From Methanothrix sp. (GTDB lineage Archaea; Halobacteriota; Methanosarcinia; Methanotrichales; Methanotrichaceae), in the NCBI GenBank assembly GCA_963682135.1, contig OY821645.1, forward strand, positions 864,001 to 928,000: a stretch of DNA of 64,000 bases, read 5' to 3'. Below are positions 1 to 9,144 of the stretch, one piece after another (within the stretch, counting starts at the first letter, position 1; each line of letters opens with the position of its first letter). The notes under the pieces were generated by a model that was given only the letters and a program-made list of their open reading frames with translations, did no database searches and was not told where the DNA came from. Made by a program: the position numbers and the translations under genes.

Positions 1-1
1 G

Positions 2-1561
2 CACGGCGCAACACTTCGGGAGATAACCAAGCTGATTGGCTGGACACCCAAAGTGGTCCGAACTCCACCGGTACGCTCGACGACCATCGCCAACATCAAA
101 GATTATCTGCGCAGTGTGCAGACGGAACGAAAGAGCATCTTGCGAACGGTGGGCCGGAAGATTCACCGAGATATTGCTTCCAAGGATCAATGGATCCGGA
201 TCACAACCCTCGGAGGCTGTCGCGAGGTAGGAAGGAGCTGCATGCTTCTCTCCACGCCCGAGTCGCGAATTATCATCGACTGCGGAGTAAATGTGGGATC
301 TGACGACTCAGCAACGCCATATCTCTATGTGCCTGAGGTCTATCCCCTAAATCAGATCGATGCCGTGGTCTTGACGCATGCTCACCTGGACCACGCGGGT
401 CTGGTTCCCATGCTATACAAATACGGCTATGAAGGGCCTATTTACTGCACTCCGCCTACCAGAGATTTGGCTGTGCTTTTGCAGCTGGATTATATTGAGA
501 TTGCTGGGCGCGAGGGAAAGAGACTGCCCTATGATTCTTCAATGGTGCGTGAGGCCCTCAAGCATACCATCACCCTCAACTACGGAGATGTAACCGATAT
601 CGCACCCGACACCAAGTTGACTATGCACAATGCCGGCCATATCCTGGGCTCCTCCATAGCCCACTTTCATATCGGAGACGGCCTCTACAATGTAGCCTTT
701 ACCGGAGACCAGAAGTTTGAACGAACCCGGCTCTTCGATCCAGCAGTCTGTAATTTCCCAAGATTAGAAACCCTGGTGACGGAGGCTACCTACGGAGGAA
801 CGAACAGCATCCAACCATCCCGCAAAGAAGCGGAAGTAGCTCTCATGAACGTGGTCAAGGAGACCATCAACAAGGGTGGCAAAGTCATCATTCCCGCCTT
901 CTCTGTGGGCCGCAGCCAAGAGGTCATGGTTGTCCTGGAGGAAGCCATCCGAAAGAAGGTCATTGATGAGGTGCCCGTCTGTCTGGACGGGATGATCTAT
1001 GAGGCCACCGCAATTCATACCACTTATCCCGAGTACCTTAATAACGATCTTCGAGATCTCATATTCCATAAAGGCATCAATCCCTTCCTGGCCCAGTGTT
1101 TTGTGAAGGTGGAGACCCCCAAGCAGAGGACGGAGATTATCGAAGGACCGCCCTGTGTGATACTGGCGACAAGCGGCATGCTCAACGGTGGGCCGGTCCT
1201 GGAGTACCTAAAGCGCCTGGGCCCGGATGAGAAGAATACCCTGGTAATTGTAGGATACCAGGCAGAGGGAACTCTGGGAAGGCGCATTCAGAAAGGATGG
1301 AAGGAATTGCCCTTATCCGTTGAGGGCAAGACCCAGACCGTGAAGATTAATCTGGATGTAACCACGGTGGACGGCTTTTCCGGGCACTCCGATCGCCAGC
1401 AGCTTATGGAATACATGCGCCGCATCTATCCCAAGCCCGGTCGGGTCCTCACCAACCACGGCGAAGAGGGTAACTGCCTCGATCTGGCAAGCTCCATTTA
1501 CAAGAGGTACAGAATACCAACTATGGCGCCCATGAATCTGGAAACTGTAAGGCTGATTTGA
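2..1561 (+). CDS. fttA: beta-CASP ribonuclease aCPSF1 / transcription termination factor FttA (5' part outside window)
   Basis: Frame open from nt 2 (KH-domain end ...[13 protein letters not shown]); [23 protein letters not shown] and FSGHSD metallo-beta-lactamase/beta-CASP motifs. Confidence 0.95.
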   Translation, partial: HGATLREITKLIGWTPKVVRTPPVRSTTIANIKDYLRSVQTERKSILRTVGRKIHRDIASKDQWIRITTLGGCREVGRSCMLLSTPESRIIIDCGVNVGSDDSATPYLYVPEVYPLNQIDAVVLTHAHLDHAGLVPMLYKYGYEGPIYCTPPTRDLAVLLQLDYIEIAGREGKRLPYDSSMVREALKHTITLNYGDVTDIAPDTKLTMHNAGHILGSSIAHFHIGDGLYNVAFTGDQKFERTRLFDPAVCNFPRLETLVTEATYGGTNSIQPSRKEAEVALMNVVKETINKGGKVIIPAFSVGRSQEVMVVLEEAIRKKVIDEVPVCLDGMIYEATAIHTTYPEYLNNDLRDLIFHKGINPFLAQCFVKVETPKQRTEIIEGPPCVILATSGMLNGGPVLEYLKRLGPDEKNTLVIVGYQAEGTLGRRIQKGWKELPLSVEGKTQTVKINLDVTTVDGFSGHSDRQQLMEYMRRIYPKPGRVLTNHGEEGNCLDLASSIYKRYRIPTMAPMNLETVRLI

Positions 1562-1621
1562 AGAGTTCGTTCTTCAAAAGCTTTATCAAATTTGAGCGAT
1601 AAAACTAATGTGAGGTTCTTT

Positions 1622-2140
1622 GTGACGGGAAAAAGAACGCGGATCATCAACGATCCATCAGATCTGGTCCCTTTGTTGCAGGCCTTCGGCTCCGATGTCC
1701 ATAAGAAGATCTTTGACGAATTGAGTCGAGAATGGCATACTGAGCGCGAGCTGGAAGCGCTTATCGGCGACGAAGCAAGCGTTCACAGGAGCGTAGCGCT
1801 GCTGCGCAAGAGCGGCCTAATCGAGACCAAGTGGAGGGTGCCAGAGCCAGGAGCAAGTCCCGAGAAAGAGTATCATTCTACGTACTCTCGGGTGCAGGCC
1901 AACTTCGGAGCTACCATGGAAGATCTCAGTGAGTTGATAAGCCTCACCTTCATGTCCGATGAGGAGCTGCGTACTGTGATCGAGAAGTTGCAGAAGATGG
2001 TCAACGGTGGCAATAACAGTTTATCCAACCTTTCACGAGAGCTGGGACTCAGCCAAATATTTATTCGCGGAGTGGCTAAAAGGGCAGAGGGACTGGCTGT
2101 GAGAGGTCAGCGCATTGAGCCTTACGTTGAGGATTTCTAA
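1622..2140 (+). CDS. ArsR-like winged-helix DNA-binding protein
   Basis: wHTH-like segment LLRKSGLIETKWR...PEKEYH; GTG start after GAGGT; stop overlaps next ATG. Confidence 0.7.
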   Translation: MTGKRTRIINDPSDLVPLLQAFGSDVHKKIFDELSREWHTERELEALIGDEASVHRSVALLRKSGLIETKWRVPEPGASPEKEYHSTYSRVQANFGATMEDLSELISLTFMSDEELRTVIEKLQKMVNGGNNSLSNLSRELGLSQIFIRGVAKRAEGLAVRGQRIEPYVEDF

Positions 2141-2928
2141 TGGCCAATGTCCTGCAGAGCAAACGGGAAAGCTCTCGTTTTCAGATTCTTGTGGAAATAG
2201 CCGCCCATCAGCCTAACCTTCGACAGAAAGAGGTGGCAGAGAGTATGGGTGTAACTCCCCAGGCCATATCCGAGTATATCAAGGAGCTGGTAGCGGATGG
2301 ACTGGTGACCACCGATGGACGCATGCGCTATCGTATCACCAAAGAGGGTGTGGAGTGGCTGCTGGAGAGTGCAGCCGAACTGAAGCGCTATGCAAGAGTG
2401 GTGATGGAAGAGATCATAAGTCATGTCTCTGTCTGGGCTGCCATCGCTGAAGTTGATCTGGCGGAAGGCGAGAGGGTATCCCTGGAGATGCGCAGCGGCC
2501 TATTATATGCCAATAAAAAAGAAGGGATAGAGGCAAGCGGCGTTGTCATTGCCGATGCACTGTCCGGAGAGGATGTGGGTGTATCAGACCTGCGAGGATT
2601 GATAAGCCTTGAGGAAGGAAGGATTATCCTCTGCAAGGTGCCTCGAGTGCAGAATGGAGGCTCCGGTAAGGTAGATTTGTCGGCTCTGCAGACCCAGCTC
2701 GCCAGAGTGAAGAATGTGGGCTGCCTTGGCATCGAAGCATTGGTGGCGCTGCGCAAGGTGGGGCGCGAGCCGGATATCATATTCGGAGCCAAAGAGTTCG
2801 CAGTAGAGGCGGCATATCACGGTATCAGCTCGGTGATCGTCAGTGTGGATGAGCAGGTTCCGGGGCTTCTTACGCGCCTGGAATCAGAGGGCCTGAAGTA
2901 CGAGCTTATTGACCTTGCTTTGGGATAA
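2140..2928 (+). CDS. predicted transcriptional regulator with N-terminal wHTH (COG1497-like)
   Basis: RQKEVAESMGVTPQAISEYIKELVADGLV HTH. Confidence 0.75.
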   Translation: MANVLQSKRESSRFQILVEIAAHQPNLRQKEVAESMGVTPQAISEYIKELVADGLVTTDGRMRYRITKEGVEWLLESAAELKRYARVVMEEIISHVSVWAAIAEVDLAEGERVSLEMRSGLLYANKKEGIEASGVVIADALSGEDVGVSDLRGLISLEEGRIILCKVPRVQNGGSGKVDLSALQTQLARVKNVGCLGIEALVALRKVGREPDIIFGAKEFAVEAAYHGISSVIVSVDEQVPGLLTRLESEGLKYELIDLALG

Positions 2929-2940
2929 ATATTTTTCAGA

Positions 2941-5382
2941 ATGACTTTTCAGGTTCTAGCTCAGGCGGACCGATCCCGCATACTTCTGCTGCCTCAGAGT
3001 GGCAGCAAGATCCTTTTTGAGGGATATCTGCGTTTAAAGGATATGCCTCAGGGACCCAGAGCCTTTAAATTCCTGGTTAAAAAGGATCAAGAGGCAGAGA
3101 AATTTCTTCCTCCAGAGGATGCTTTGCGAATGCTGCGCAAAGCCGATGCCATTTATCTTGCCCGTGGTGATGCTTCGATGGAGAAGAAGTTCATCGAGCT
3201 TTTGGCGTCTTATCAACTGGGATACAGGTTCGTGCAGGTCTGCAATCATTGCCTCGGCCAGAGAAGAGTCACTTACGTTGATCAGGACGCCATAACTTAC
3301 AAGGGCAGGCGCATCTGTGAGAACTGCGCCGCTGCTGAGCTGCTTCGTGAGGCGGACTTTCGCAAGCTCGGCAGGGCAGCCAAGGCCCATCTGGCCAAGA
3401 TATTGAAGACGCGACGATGCCTGGACGATGTGGTGGGCCTGCTCTCATTGCAGAGGCTGGAGCCTGAACTGACCCGCTTTGACATCATCCCGGCGAGCAA
3501 AGAAGAGCCCACGCTGCCTTTAGAGTCCATCGCCCTGCCTAAATCTCTGCTGCAGCTTCTGCAGCGCAGGCTGACCAGGCTTTTGCCGGTGCAATCCAGG
3601 TCTGTGAAGGCTGGCCTCCTGGAAGGACGAAATCAGCTGGTTGTCTCGGCCACAGCCACGGGCAAGAGCCTCGTTGGTGAAATGGCAGGGGTTAAGAATC
3701 TGCTGGAGAATAGAGGGAAGTTGCTCTTCTTGGTGCCGCTCGTGGCCCTGGCCAATCAGAAGTTCGATCAGCTTTGCGCCTACCGGGAGCTTGGTTTTCA
3801 AACCTCCATCCGCGTAGGGGTCAGCCGCATCCGGCTAGGCAAGGGCCGCAATATTGCGCAAAGCCTCAATGCGGACATCATTGCCGGTACTTACGAGGGC
3901 ATAGACCAGGTGATTCGCACCAAGAAAAGCCTGGGACGCGTAGGCACGGTTGTCATAGACGAGGTGCATATGCTCGAGGACGCAGAACGCGGCCACAGGC
4001 TGGCAGGCATGATTGCCCGGCTGAGGAACGTCGCTCCCCGGGCCCAGTTCATCTTTCTCTCCGCCACAGTGGGCAACCCCGCTGCACTGGCCAAACGCCT
4101 GGGCGCAACTTTAGTCGAATATGAGGTGCGGCCGGTGCCCATCGAGCGGCATCTCATCTTCTCCTCCGGGCCGGAGAAGCGCAAGCTCTTGCGCCAGCTT
4201 TCCAAAGAAGCGCAGGCTCTGACTTCGTCTACGGGCTATCGTGGTCAGACCATCATCTTCACCAATTCCAGGAAGAACTGCTACAACCTGGCCGATGCCA
4301 TTCCCGGAGCTGCAGCCTATCATGCCGGACTGCAGTATCCGGAGAGAAAGAAGATCGAGGAGCTGTTCGGTCAGGGCAAGATTCATACCGTGGTAACAAC
4401 AGCGGCCCTGGCGGCGGGCGTGGATTTTCCTGCTTCACAGGTGGTCTTTGAATCTCTGGCCATGGGCATCGAGTGGCTGAATGTACATGAGTTCAATCAG
4501 ATGCTTGGGCGCGCCGGCAGGCCCGGCTATCATGATAAAGGCCTGGTCTACATTCTGGCCGAGCCGGGACGTCGCTTCTCTTCCGGGCGCAGTGAGTCTG
4601 AGGATGAGATGGCCCTCGCTCTGCTCAATGGCCAGATGGAGGATGTGGCTCCGGAGTTTGAGGAATCGCAGCAACAAGAAGAGGTGCTTGCCAATGCCGT
4701 AGCGGCGCGCTCAAGAGAAGAGCTGGAGCGGTTGCATGCCCTCACCGTGGGCCTGGATGATCTGGACAGCACTCTTGCTGCGCTGGAGAAGGCGGGGCTG
4801 GTGAAGGGCATCGTACCCACCCGTTTGGGCGAAGCAGCTGCGGCTCATTTCCTGGCACCGGAGCAGGTGGCTACCATTGTCAAGCTGCTGGGCAAGGGCA
4901 AGAGCCCCCTGGAGGTGGCGGTGGAGCTGGAGAGCTTTGAGGCCCTTTACCTCAAGTTTGCCGAGCGTATCTCCACAAAACTGCACATGCAGATCTCCCA
5001 GAGGGCGTTGCACGGCTCCTTTTTGGATCTGCTCTCCAGCGCCGACCTGCGGGAGCTTGATAACAAGCTGCAGAGGTACTGCATGGACTTCTCCAGGGAC
5101 TTTTTGCGCTGCACCTGCAAGGAGTCGCCCTACTGCGGCTGTGTTCAGAAGAGCATATCCCTGCGCATACTGGATCTACGGGCAGAGGGCAAGAGCCCGG
5201 AGGGGATCATAGAATACTTCTCCGACCGGTATGGCATGTACGCCTATCAGGGAGATCTCATCAACTGGCTGGACCAGATGGTCCGATACCTGGAGGCGAT
5301 TGAAGCAGTGGCGCGGGTACTGGGCAAGGAGAAGGCGGCCCGGGAAGCCGCTGAGAAGAAGAAGAAGGTGGAGGGGGAATGA
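2941..5382 (+). CDS. archaea-specific Ski2-like SF2 helicase (ASH-Ski2 / DUF5814 type)
   Basis: Q-motif, ATATGKS, DEVH, SAT and QMLGRAGR motifs; N-terminal CxxC..CxxC and C-terminal CxC..YCGC zinc motifs. Confidence 0.88.
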   Translation: MTFQVLAQADRSRILLLPQSGSKILFEGYLRLKDMPQGPRAFKFLVKKDQEAEKFLPPEDALRMLRKADAIYLARGDASMEKKFIELLASYQLGYRFVQVCNHCLGQRRVTYVDQDAITYKGRRICENCAAAELLREADFRKLGRAAKAHLAKILKTRRCLDDVVGLLSLQRLEPELTRFDIIPASKEEPTLPLESIALPKSLLQLLQRRLTRLLPVQSRSVKAGLLEGRNQLVVSATATGKSLVGEMAGVKNLLENRGKLLFLVPLVALANQKFDQLCAYRELGFQTSIRVGVSRIRLGKGRNIAQSLNADIIAGTYEGIDQVIRTKKSLGRVGTVVIDEVHMLEDAERGHRLAGMIARLRNVAPRAQFIFLSATVGNPAALAKRLGATLVEYEVRPVPIERHLIFSSGPEKRKLLRQLSKEAQALTSSTGYRGQTIIFTNSRKNCYNLADAIPGAAAYHAGLQYPERKKIEELFGQGKIHTVVTTAALAAGVDFPASQVVFESLAMGIEWLNVHEFNQMLGRAGRPGYHDKGLVYILAEPGRRFSSGRSESEDEMALALLNGQMEDVAPEFEESQQQEEVLANAVAARSREELERLHALTVGLDDLDSTLAALEKAGLVKGIVPTRLGEAAAAHFLAPEQVATIVKLLGKGKSPLEVAVELESFEALYLKFAERISTKLHMQISQRALHGSFLDLLSSADLRELDNKLQRYCMDFSRDFLRCTCKESPYCGCVQKSISLRILDLRAEGKSPEGIIEYFSDRYGMYAYQGDLINWLDQMVRYLEAIEAVARVLGKEKAAREAAEKKKKVEGE

Positions 5383-5533
5383 GATGGCTGCCAGTAGAAG
5401 AGTCTTGAAGAGATCGCCAATCTGTGGTTAGGAAAGCTGCAAAATCTATGTAATTTTATCGATATGTTGCCGGTTTACTTTCTACTTAACCCTTATTTAG
5501 TTTCATTGATCATGAGATTTCGGAGATGAGTCG

Positions 5534-6019
5534 ATGAGCCGTAGATATCTATTTGGCTTCCTATTGATAAATATAATATTACTAATAATTACTATTGGAT
5601 AGGGAAATGACGAACCTTCAAATGCCCAAGGTCTTGAAGGCGTGACATTGCCCATACCACAAGTCCCGCCAAGTGAGCCAAAACCAACTGATGCAATTAT
5701 TCAGGCTTCATCATCAGAGACCGATTTCCCTGTAACACCCACCACCGTTCAGAATAATGATGTATTTCATGTAGTCGTAATTGGAGATTCAATCGCGTGG
5801 GGTGCAGGGCTAACAAAGTACGAAAAATATTCCTATTTAGTGGCCGAATGGATTGCAGAACATTCAAATAGGCCAGTTAATGTAAATGTTTTTGCACACA
5901 CGGGTGCAACTCTGGGGGGAACTTTAGATTCAGTTATTCAATATCCAGACTTATCAAGCGGAAATCCCACACCCATGGAGCAAACCGAGAAGATGTCGAT
6001 GAGCGCAATATTCAGATAA
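5534..6019 (+). pseudogene. secreted SGNH/GDSL hydrolase remnant
   Basis: ATG 5534 plus signal peptide, in-frame TAG at 5600-5602, then VVIGDSIAWG (block I) and FAHTGA (block II); later blocks absent. Confidence 0.7.
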
Positions 6020-6060
6020 GAGTAAACCGGATAAGGCCATAGCTGCCAAGAAGGAATTGA

Positions 6061-6375
6061 ATGAACCCATCTGATATGGTTGAACGCATTAGAGTCCTTG
6101 TTGATGAGCGGAAGTATATTATAACAACCCATGCAATAATAAGGATGTCAGATAGGGATGTGACCGCGAAGGATCTGATAGGTTTAATAGTCAACGGAGA
6201 GATAATTGAGGAATACCCGAATCGTAAGCCATGCCCTGCCGCTCTGATGCTTGGATTCATATCGGGCAAGCCTTGCCATGCTGTGGTGGCCATATGCGGG
6301 GATCGGCTCAGCATAATCACCGTGTATTGGCCTGATGATGAATGTTGGGTAAATTGTAGGACGAGGAGATCATGA
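6061..6375 (+). CDS. DUF4258-family putative toxin
   Basis: TTHAIIRM...GEIIEEYP...HAVVA...IITVYWPD pattern; overlaps a YgiT-type partner. Confidence 0.8.
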   Translation: MNPSDMVERIRVLVDERKYIITTHAIIRMSDRDVTAKDLIGLIVNGEIIEEYPNRKPCPAALMLGFISGKPCHAVVAICGDRLSIITVYWPDDECWVNCRTRRS

Positions 6376-6626
6376 TAAGCTCAGATGTGTGCGCCCTTTG
6401 TGGAGGCAAACTGTGTGATGGATTCACCGAACTTGTAATGAAGGTCGGAAATGAAGTAGTTGTCATCAAGAGAGTTCCCGCTCTTGTGTGCAATTGCTGT
6501 AGCGAGGCGTATGTGACACCAGAGGTCTCTGAGAAGATCGATGAGGTCACGCAAAAGTTCCGGGCAGGAAAGCTTCTGGTAAGGCCACTTGCCGCTGGCG
6601 AAATCGAGCTGAAGATGAGCGCCTGA
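6372..6626 (+). CDS. YgiT-type zinc finger (MqsA-like antitoxin)
   Basis: CALCGG...VPALVCNCCSEAY motif; ATGA overlap. Confidence 0.82.
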   Translation: MISSDVCALCGGKLCDGFTELVMKVGNEVVVIKRVPALVCNCCSEAYVTPEVSEKIDEVTQKFRAGKLLVRPLAAGEIELKMSA

Positions 6627-6690
6627 ATCCCGGCGATCCAGCCGCGGCCACTTCCTTAGTCCAGTAGATGTTTGAAACGAAAGAGAGATC

Positions 6691-7041
6691 CTAAAGCTCC
6701 CGCAAACGAATTCTTCCCGGTTCTACAACCGCAAAATGGCCTGGCCAATCGCATCTGCAGTCTAATACCTCGGCAATCATCTTCGCAATGTAGTCGGCAG
6801 ATCGTAGTGGTATGCGAAATAGGATGATGTCGCAGGATGGGCGAGGCTTGGAACTGTAAGCCAGCTCCCCGAAATCTTTGTCAAAGGTAAGCAGAATGCG
6901 CGCTTCATTCTCCGCAAGAAACATGACATCTTCATCGCAAATACTGGGTGCGCTTTCTGATATGGCCCGAACATCATGACCCTTTCTGCGCAATCGTTCG
7001 ATGGCCAATAATGGTGTCCTTTCATCAGCTAGAAGCCGCAT
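6691..7041 (-). CDS. DUF5615 PIN-like toxin
   Basis: MRLLADE...GHDV...DEDV...RILLTFDKDFGEL. Confidence 0.82.
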   Translation of the reverse strand: MRLLADERTPLLAIERLRRKGHDVRAISESAPSICDEDVMFLAENEARILLTFDKDFGELAYSSKPRPSCDIILFRIPLRSADYIAKMIAEVLDCRCDWPGHFAVVEPGRIRLREL

Positions 7042-7288
7042 TAAGACCATCCTGCAAGATGGTGTTGGGATAAACACGTTCCGATTTCATCAAGGAGCTG
7101 GCGTAGCAAAGACAGGCCTGAATGTCTTCAGGAGTTAATTTGGGGTAGTTCTGGAGTATCTCGGACTCTTTCCATCCACTGGCCAAAAGGTCGATAACGA
7201 ATTCCACCGCCAGGCGCGTGCCTTTGATCAAAGGTTTTCCTGCAAGGATTTTGGGGTCCAGAGATATGCGGTCTTGCCAATTGATCAT
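7025..7288 (-). CDS. DUF433 antitoxin
   Basis: DPKILAGKPLIKGTRLAVEFV...YPKLTPEDIQACLCYA. Confidence 0.88.
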   Translation of the reverse strand: MINWQDRISLDPKILAGKPLIKGTRLAVEFVIDLLASGWKESEILQNYPKLTPEDIQACLCYASSLMKSERVYPNTILQDGLNAASS

Positions 7289-7369
7289 AGATCACATTAT
7301 GCGGACCATTAAGATATATTTTCTGCGGACGGAGGACAAGCGATAGGCTACATCGAGCGCCCAGCTCCC

Positions 7370-7447
7370 GCCCGCGGGCCTGGGGCCGCCTAGACGAGAG
7401 GCTGCCCAGGGTCGTGCGCCGCCCACGCGCGCGAGCGGGTCCGGCCC
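7370..7447. repeat. GC-rich degenerate inter-TA repeat, copy 1 (parts A+B)
   Basis: GCCCGCGGGCCTGGGGCCGCCT (7370-7391) matches 8122-8143 at 21/22; second half resembles about 8388-8426. Confidence 0.6.
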
Positions 7448-7538
7448 AATTGTCAGGTGCTTGCCAATGCATTTGTCAGCAACCTGTCACGATCTAAAAT
7501 AAGAGTTAAATCCTTTCAGCACACATGAACCAACTACT

Positions 7539-7793
7539 ATGTTCGCAGAGTATGTTCAAGCAGCTTTGAGGCACGCTAAATATGAAGTCCTGGAGGACGA
7601 TACCAACATGGCCACCGTAGATGGTCTTCGTGGTGTCATTGCCGTTGGAAATACAATTGAAGAGTGCAGAGATGACCTCATAGGCGTCATCGAAGGTTGG
7701 GTGGCATTGGGTTTGCGCCTTGGACACATGATACCAACGATTGACGGCCACAACATTAACGTTTCATTGGAGCCGGTGCCGGTTGTCGAATAA
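7539..7793 (+). CDS. hicB: HicB-family antitoxin
   Basis: YEVLEDD...GLRGVIAVGNTIEECRDDL..VIEGW...IP. Confidence 0.85.
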   Translation: MFAEYVQAALRHAKYEVLEDDTNMATVDGLRGVIAVGNTIEECRDDLIGVIEGWVALGLRLGHMIPTIDGHNINVSLEPVPVVE

Positions 7794-8009
7794 GCTTATC
7801 CCGTCTCCAGGCGCGAACTCGTCAGAAGATTAGGGTATCTGGGATTTCACGGGCCCTGTGCAGGTTCAGGCCACGATTTTATGGTCAAAGGCGACATTCG
7901 CGTTACAATCCCCAATACGCATCAAGGTAAAGAAATTGGTGTTAGGCTTTTGGCACAGGTTCTGAAAGAGGCGGAGATCGAAAGAAGGGATTGGCTCCAG
8001 GCTGATTGA
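7783..8009 (+). pseudogene. hicA: HicA-family toxin, frameshifted near its 5' end
   Basis: TTG-SNKLI in one frame; body VSRRELVRRLGYLGF..GSGHDFM..VTIPNTH..EIGVRLLAQVLKEA in another; consistent with 1-bp loss in ATCCC(C)GTC. Confidence 0.75.
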
Positions 8010-8110
8010 TAGTGGCTGAGCTTCGCAGTAGTTCCTCCTCCGATAACGATGGCAAACCAGGTGGAAGAGTTTGCACTCTGCCTGAAATCCCAGCGACCTT
8101 GCAGCATGGC

Positions 8111-8159
8111 GTCCGGCCCCTGCCCACGGGCCTGGGGCCGCCTGGCCGTTAGACTGCCC
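8111..8159. repeat. GC-rich degenerate inter-TA repeat, copy 2 (part A)
   Basis: 8122-8159 matches 7370-7407 at 32/38. Confidence 0.6.
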
Positions 8160-8510
8160 GAGGCAGATGCTGTCTGCGCGTGCCTACGCGGATTATGCCA
8201 GAATGCTATCGTTTTTTTGCATCTGGCAAAAAGGCCTTTGTGCGTCCTTTGTGAGCTTCGTGATCTTTGTGGTTATATCTATATTTGTTTATTATAATTA
8301 TAATAAAATGCCATTGTAATAGCACTATAGCAGAAAGCAGCATTGCATATCTTCAGTGCTACCTGACCCACAATCCCACAGGCATCCCGCCCCCCACACG
8401 CACGCGCACGCAAGCGGGGCCCGACCGGGCGGGCAGCTGCTGCCATTTCCTTCGCTCGGAGGAGATGGAACTGATCGTCAGGGTGCTTGAAAAAAGATCC
8501 AGAAATGCGA

Positions 8511-8735
8511 TTAAAGTAGATCTTGTAGCTCTTCAAGGCTTAAATCGGCATACTTCAAAATCGCATGCAATGTGCCTTTGCGAAGGTCTTTGCTATGAAA
8601 TGGAACAACTGCAATCTTTTCCGTTCGCCGATTATAGTAATAGTAATGGCTCCCTCTGACTCGTATCAGCTCAAATCCAGCATTCTCCAAAGCCCTGGCA
8701 AGCTTTTGGGGTGTTAATACAGGGAGTTTAGGCAT
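8511..8735 (-). CDS. hicA: HicA-family toxin
   Basis: MPKLPVL..KLARALENAGF..IRVRGSHYYY...VVPFHSKDLRKGTLHAILK. Confidence 0.9.
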   Translation of the reverse strand: MPKLPVLTPQKLARALENAGFELIRVRGSHYYYYNRRTEKIAVVPFHSKDLRKGTLHAILKYADLSLEELQDLL

Positions 8736-8961
8736 GGGCTTCAACGGAAACGGTGTACTCCAAAACATCGTTATCTGTTGGCACTTTTTTCCCCAAATCT
8801 ATCAAAGTTTCGATATAGCCTTCTATCGCCTCTTTGGCCATATCAATGGCTTCTTCGACAGTCTCACCAAAGGTAACACATCCAGCCAAAGCAGGCACTA
8901 TCACGGTATAGCCGCCTTCCTCTTCTTTTTCGAGCCTGATTCTGTAATTCAGAGTCTTCAT
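8728..8961 (-). CDS. hicB: HicB-family antitoxin
   Basis: EEEGGYTVIVPALAGCVTFGETVEEAIDMAKEAIEGY. Confidence 0.9.
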   Translation of the reverse strand: MKTLNYRIRLEKEEEGGYTVIVPALAGCVTFGETVEEAIDMAKEAIEGYIETLIDLGKKVPTDNDVLEYTVSVEAHA

Positions 8962-9144
8962 TGCATTATCATAGGCGGTTTTGCTTATTCAACTTTTGGC
9001 TCTGATTTAGAAATTATAGTCCCATGGGTATCGCCTAAGGCAGGGGCTTTCTGTTCCAAAGTCAGGCTCCTCTACATGCAGACCCCCCGTCACTCTTGAT
9101 CCAGCCCCTCAAATTCATCGGAGAAAAAAGTAAAGGCACCGCCT

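Noticed and set aside
6627-8510. Integron attC sites between the TA pairs (GTTAGAC at about 8148)
   Set aside because: No matching RYYYAAC/L-box structure, cassettes alternate strand, and no IntI is present
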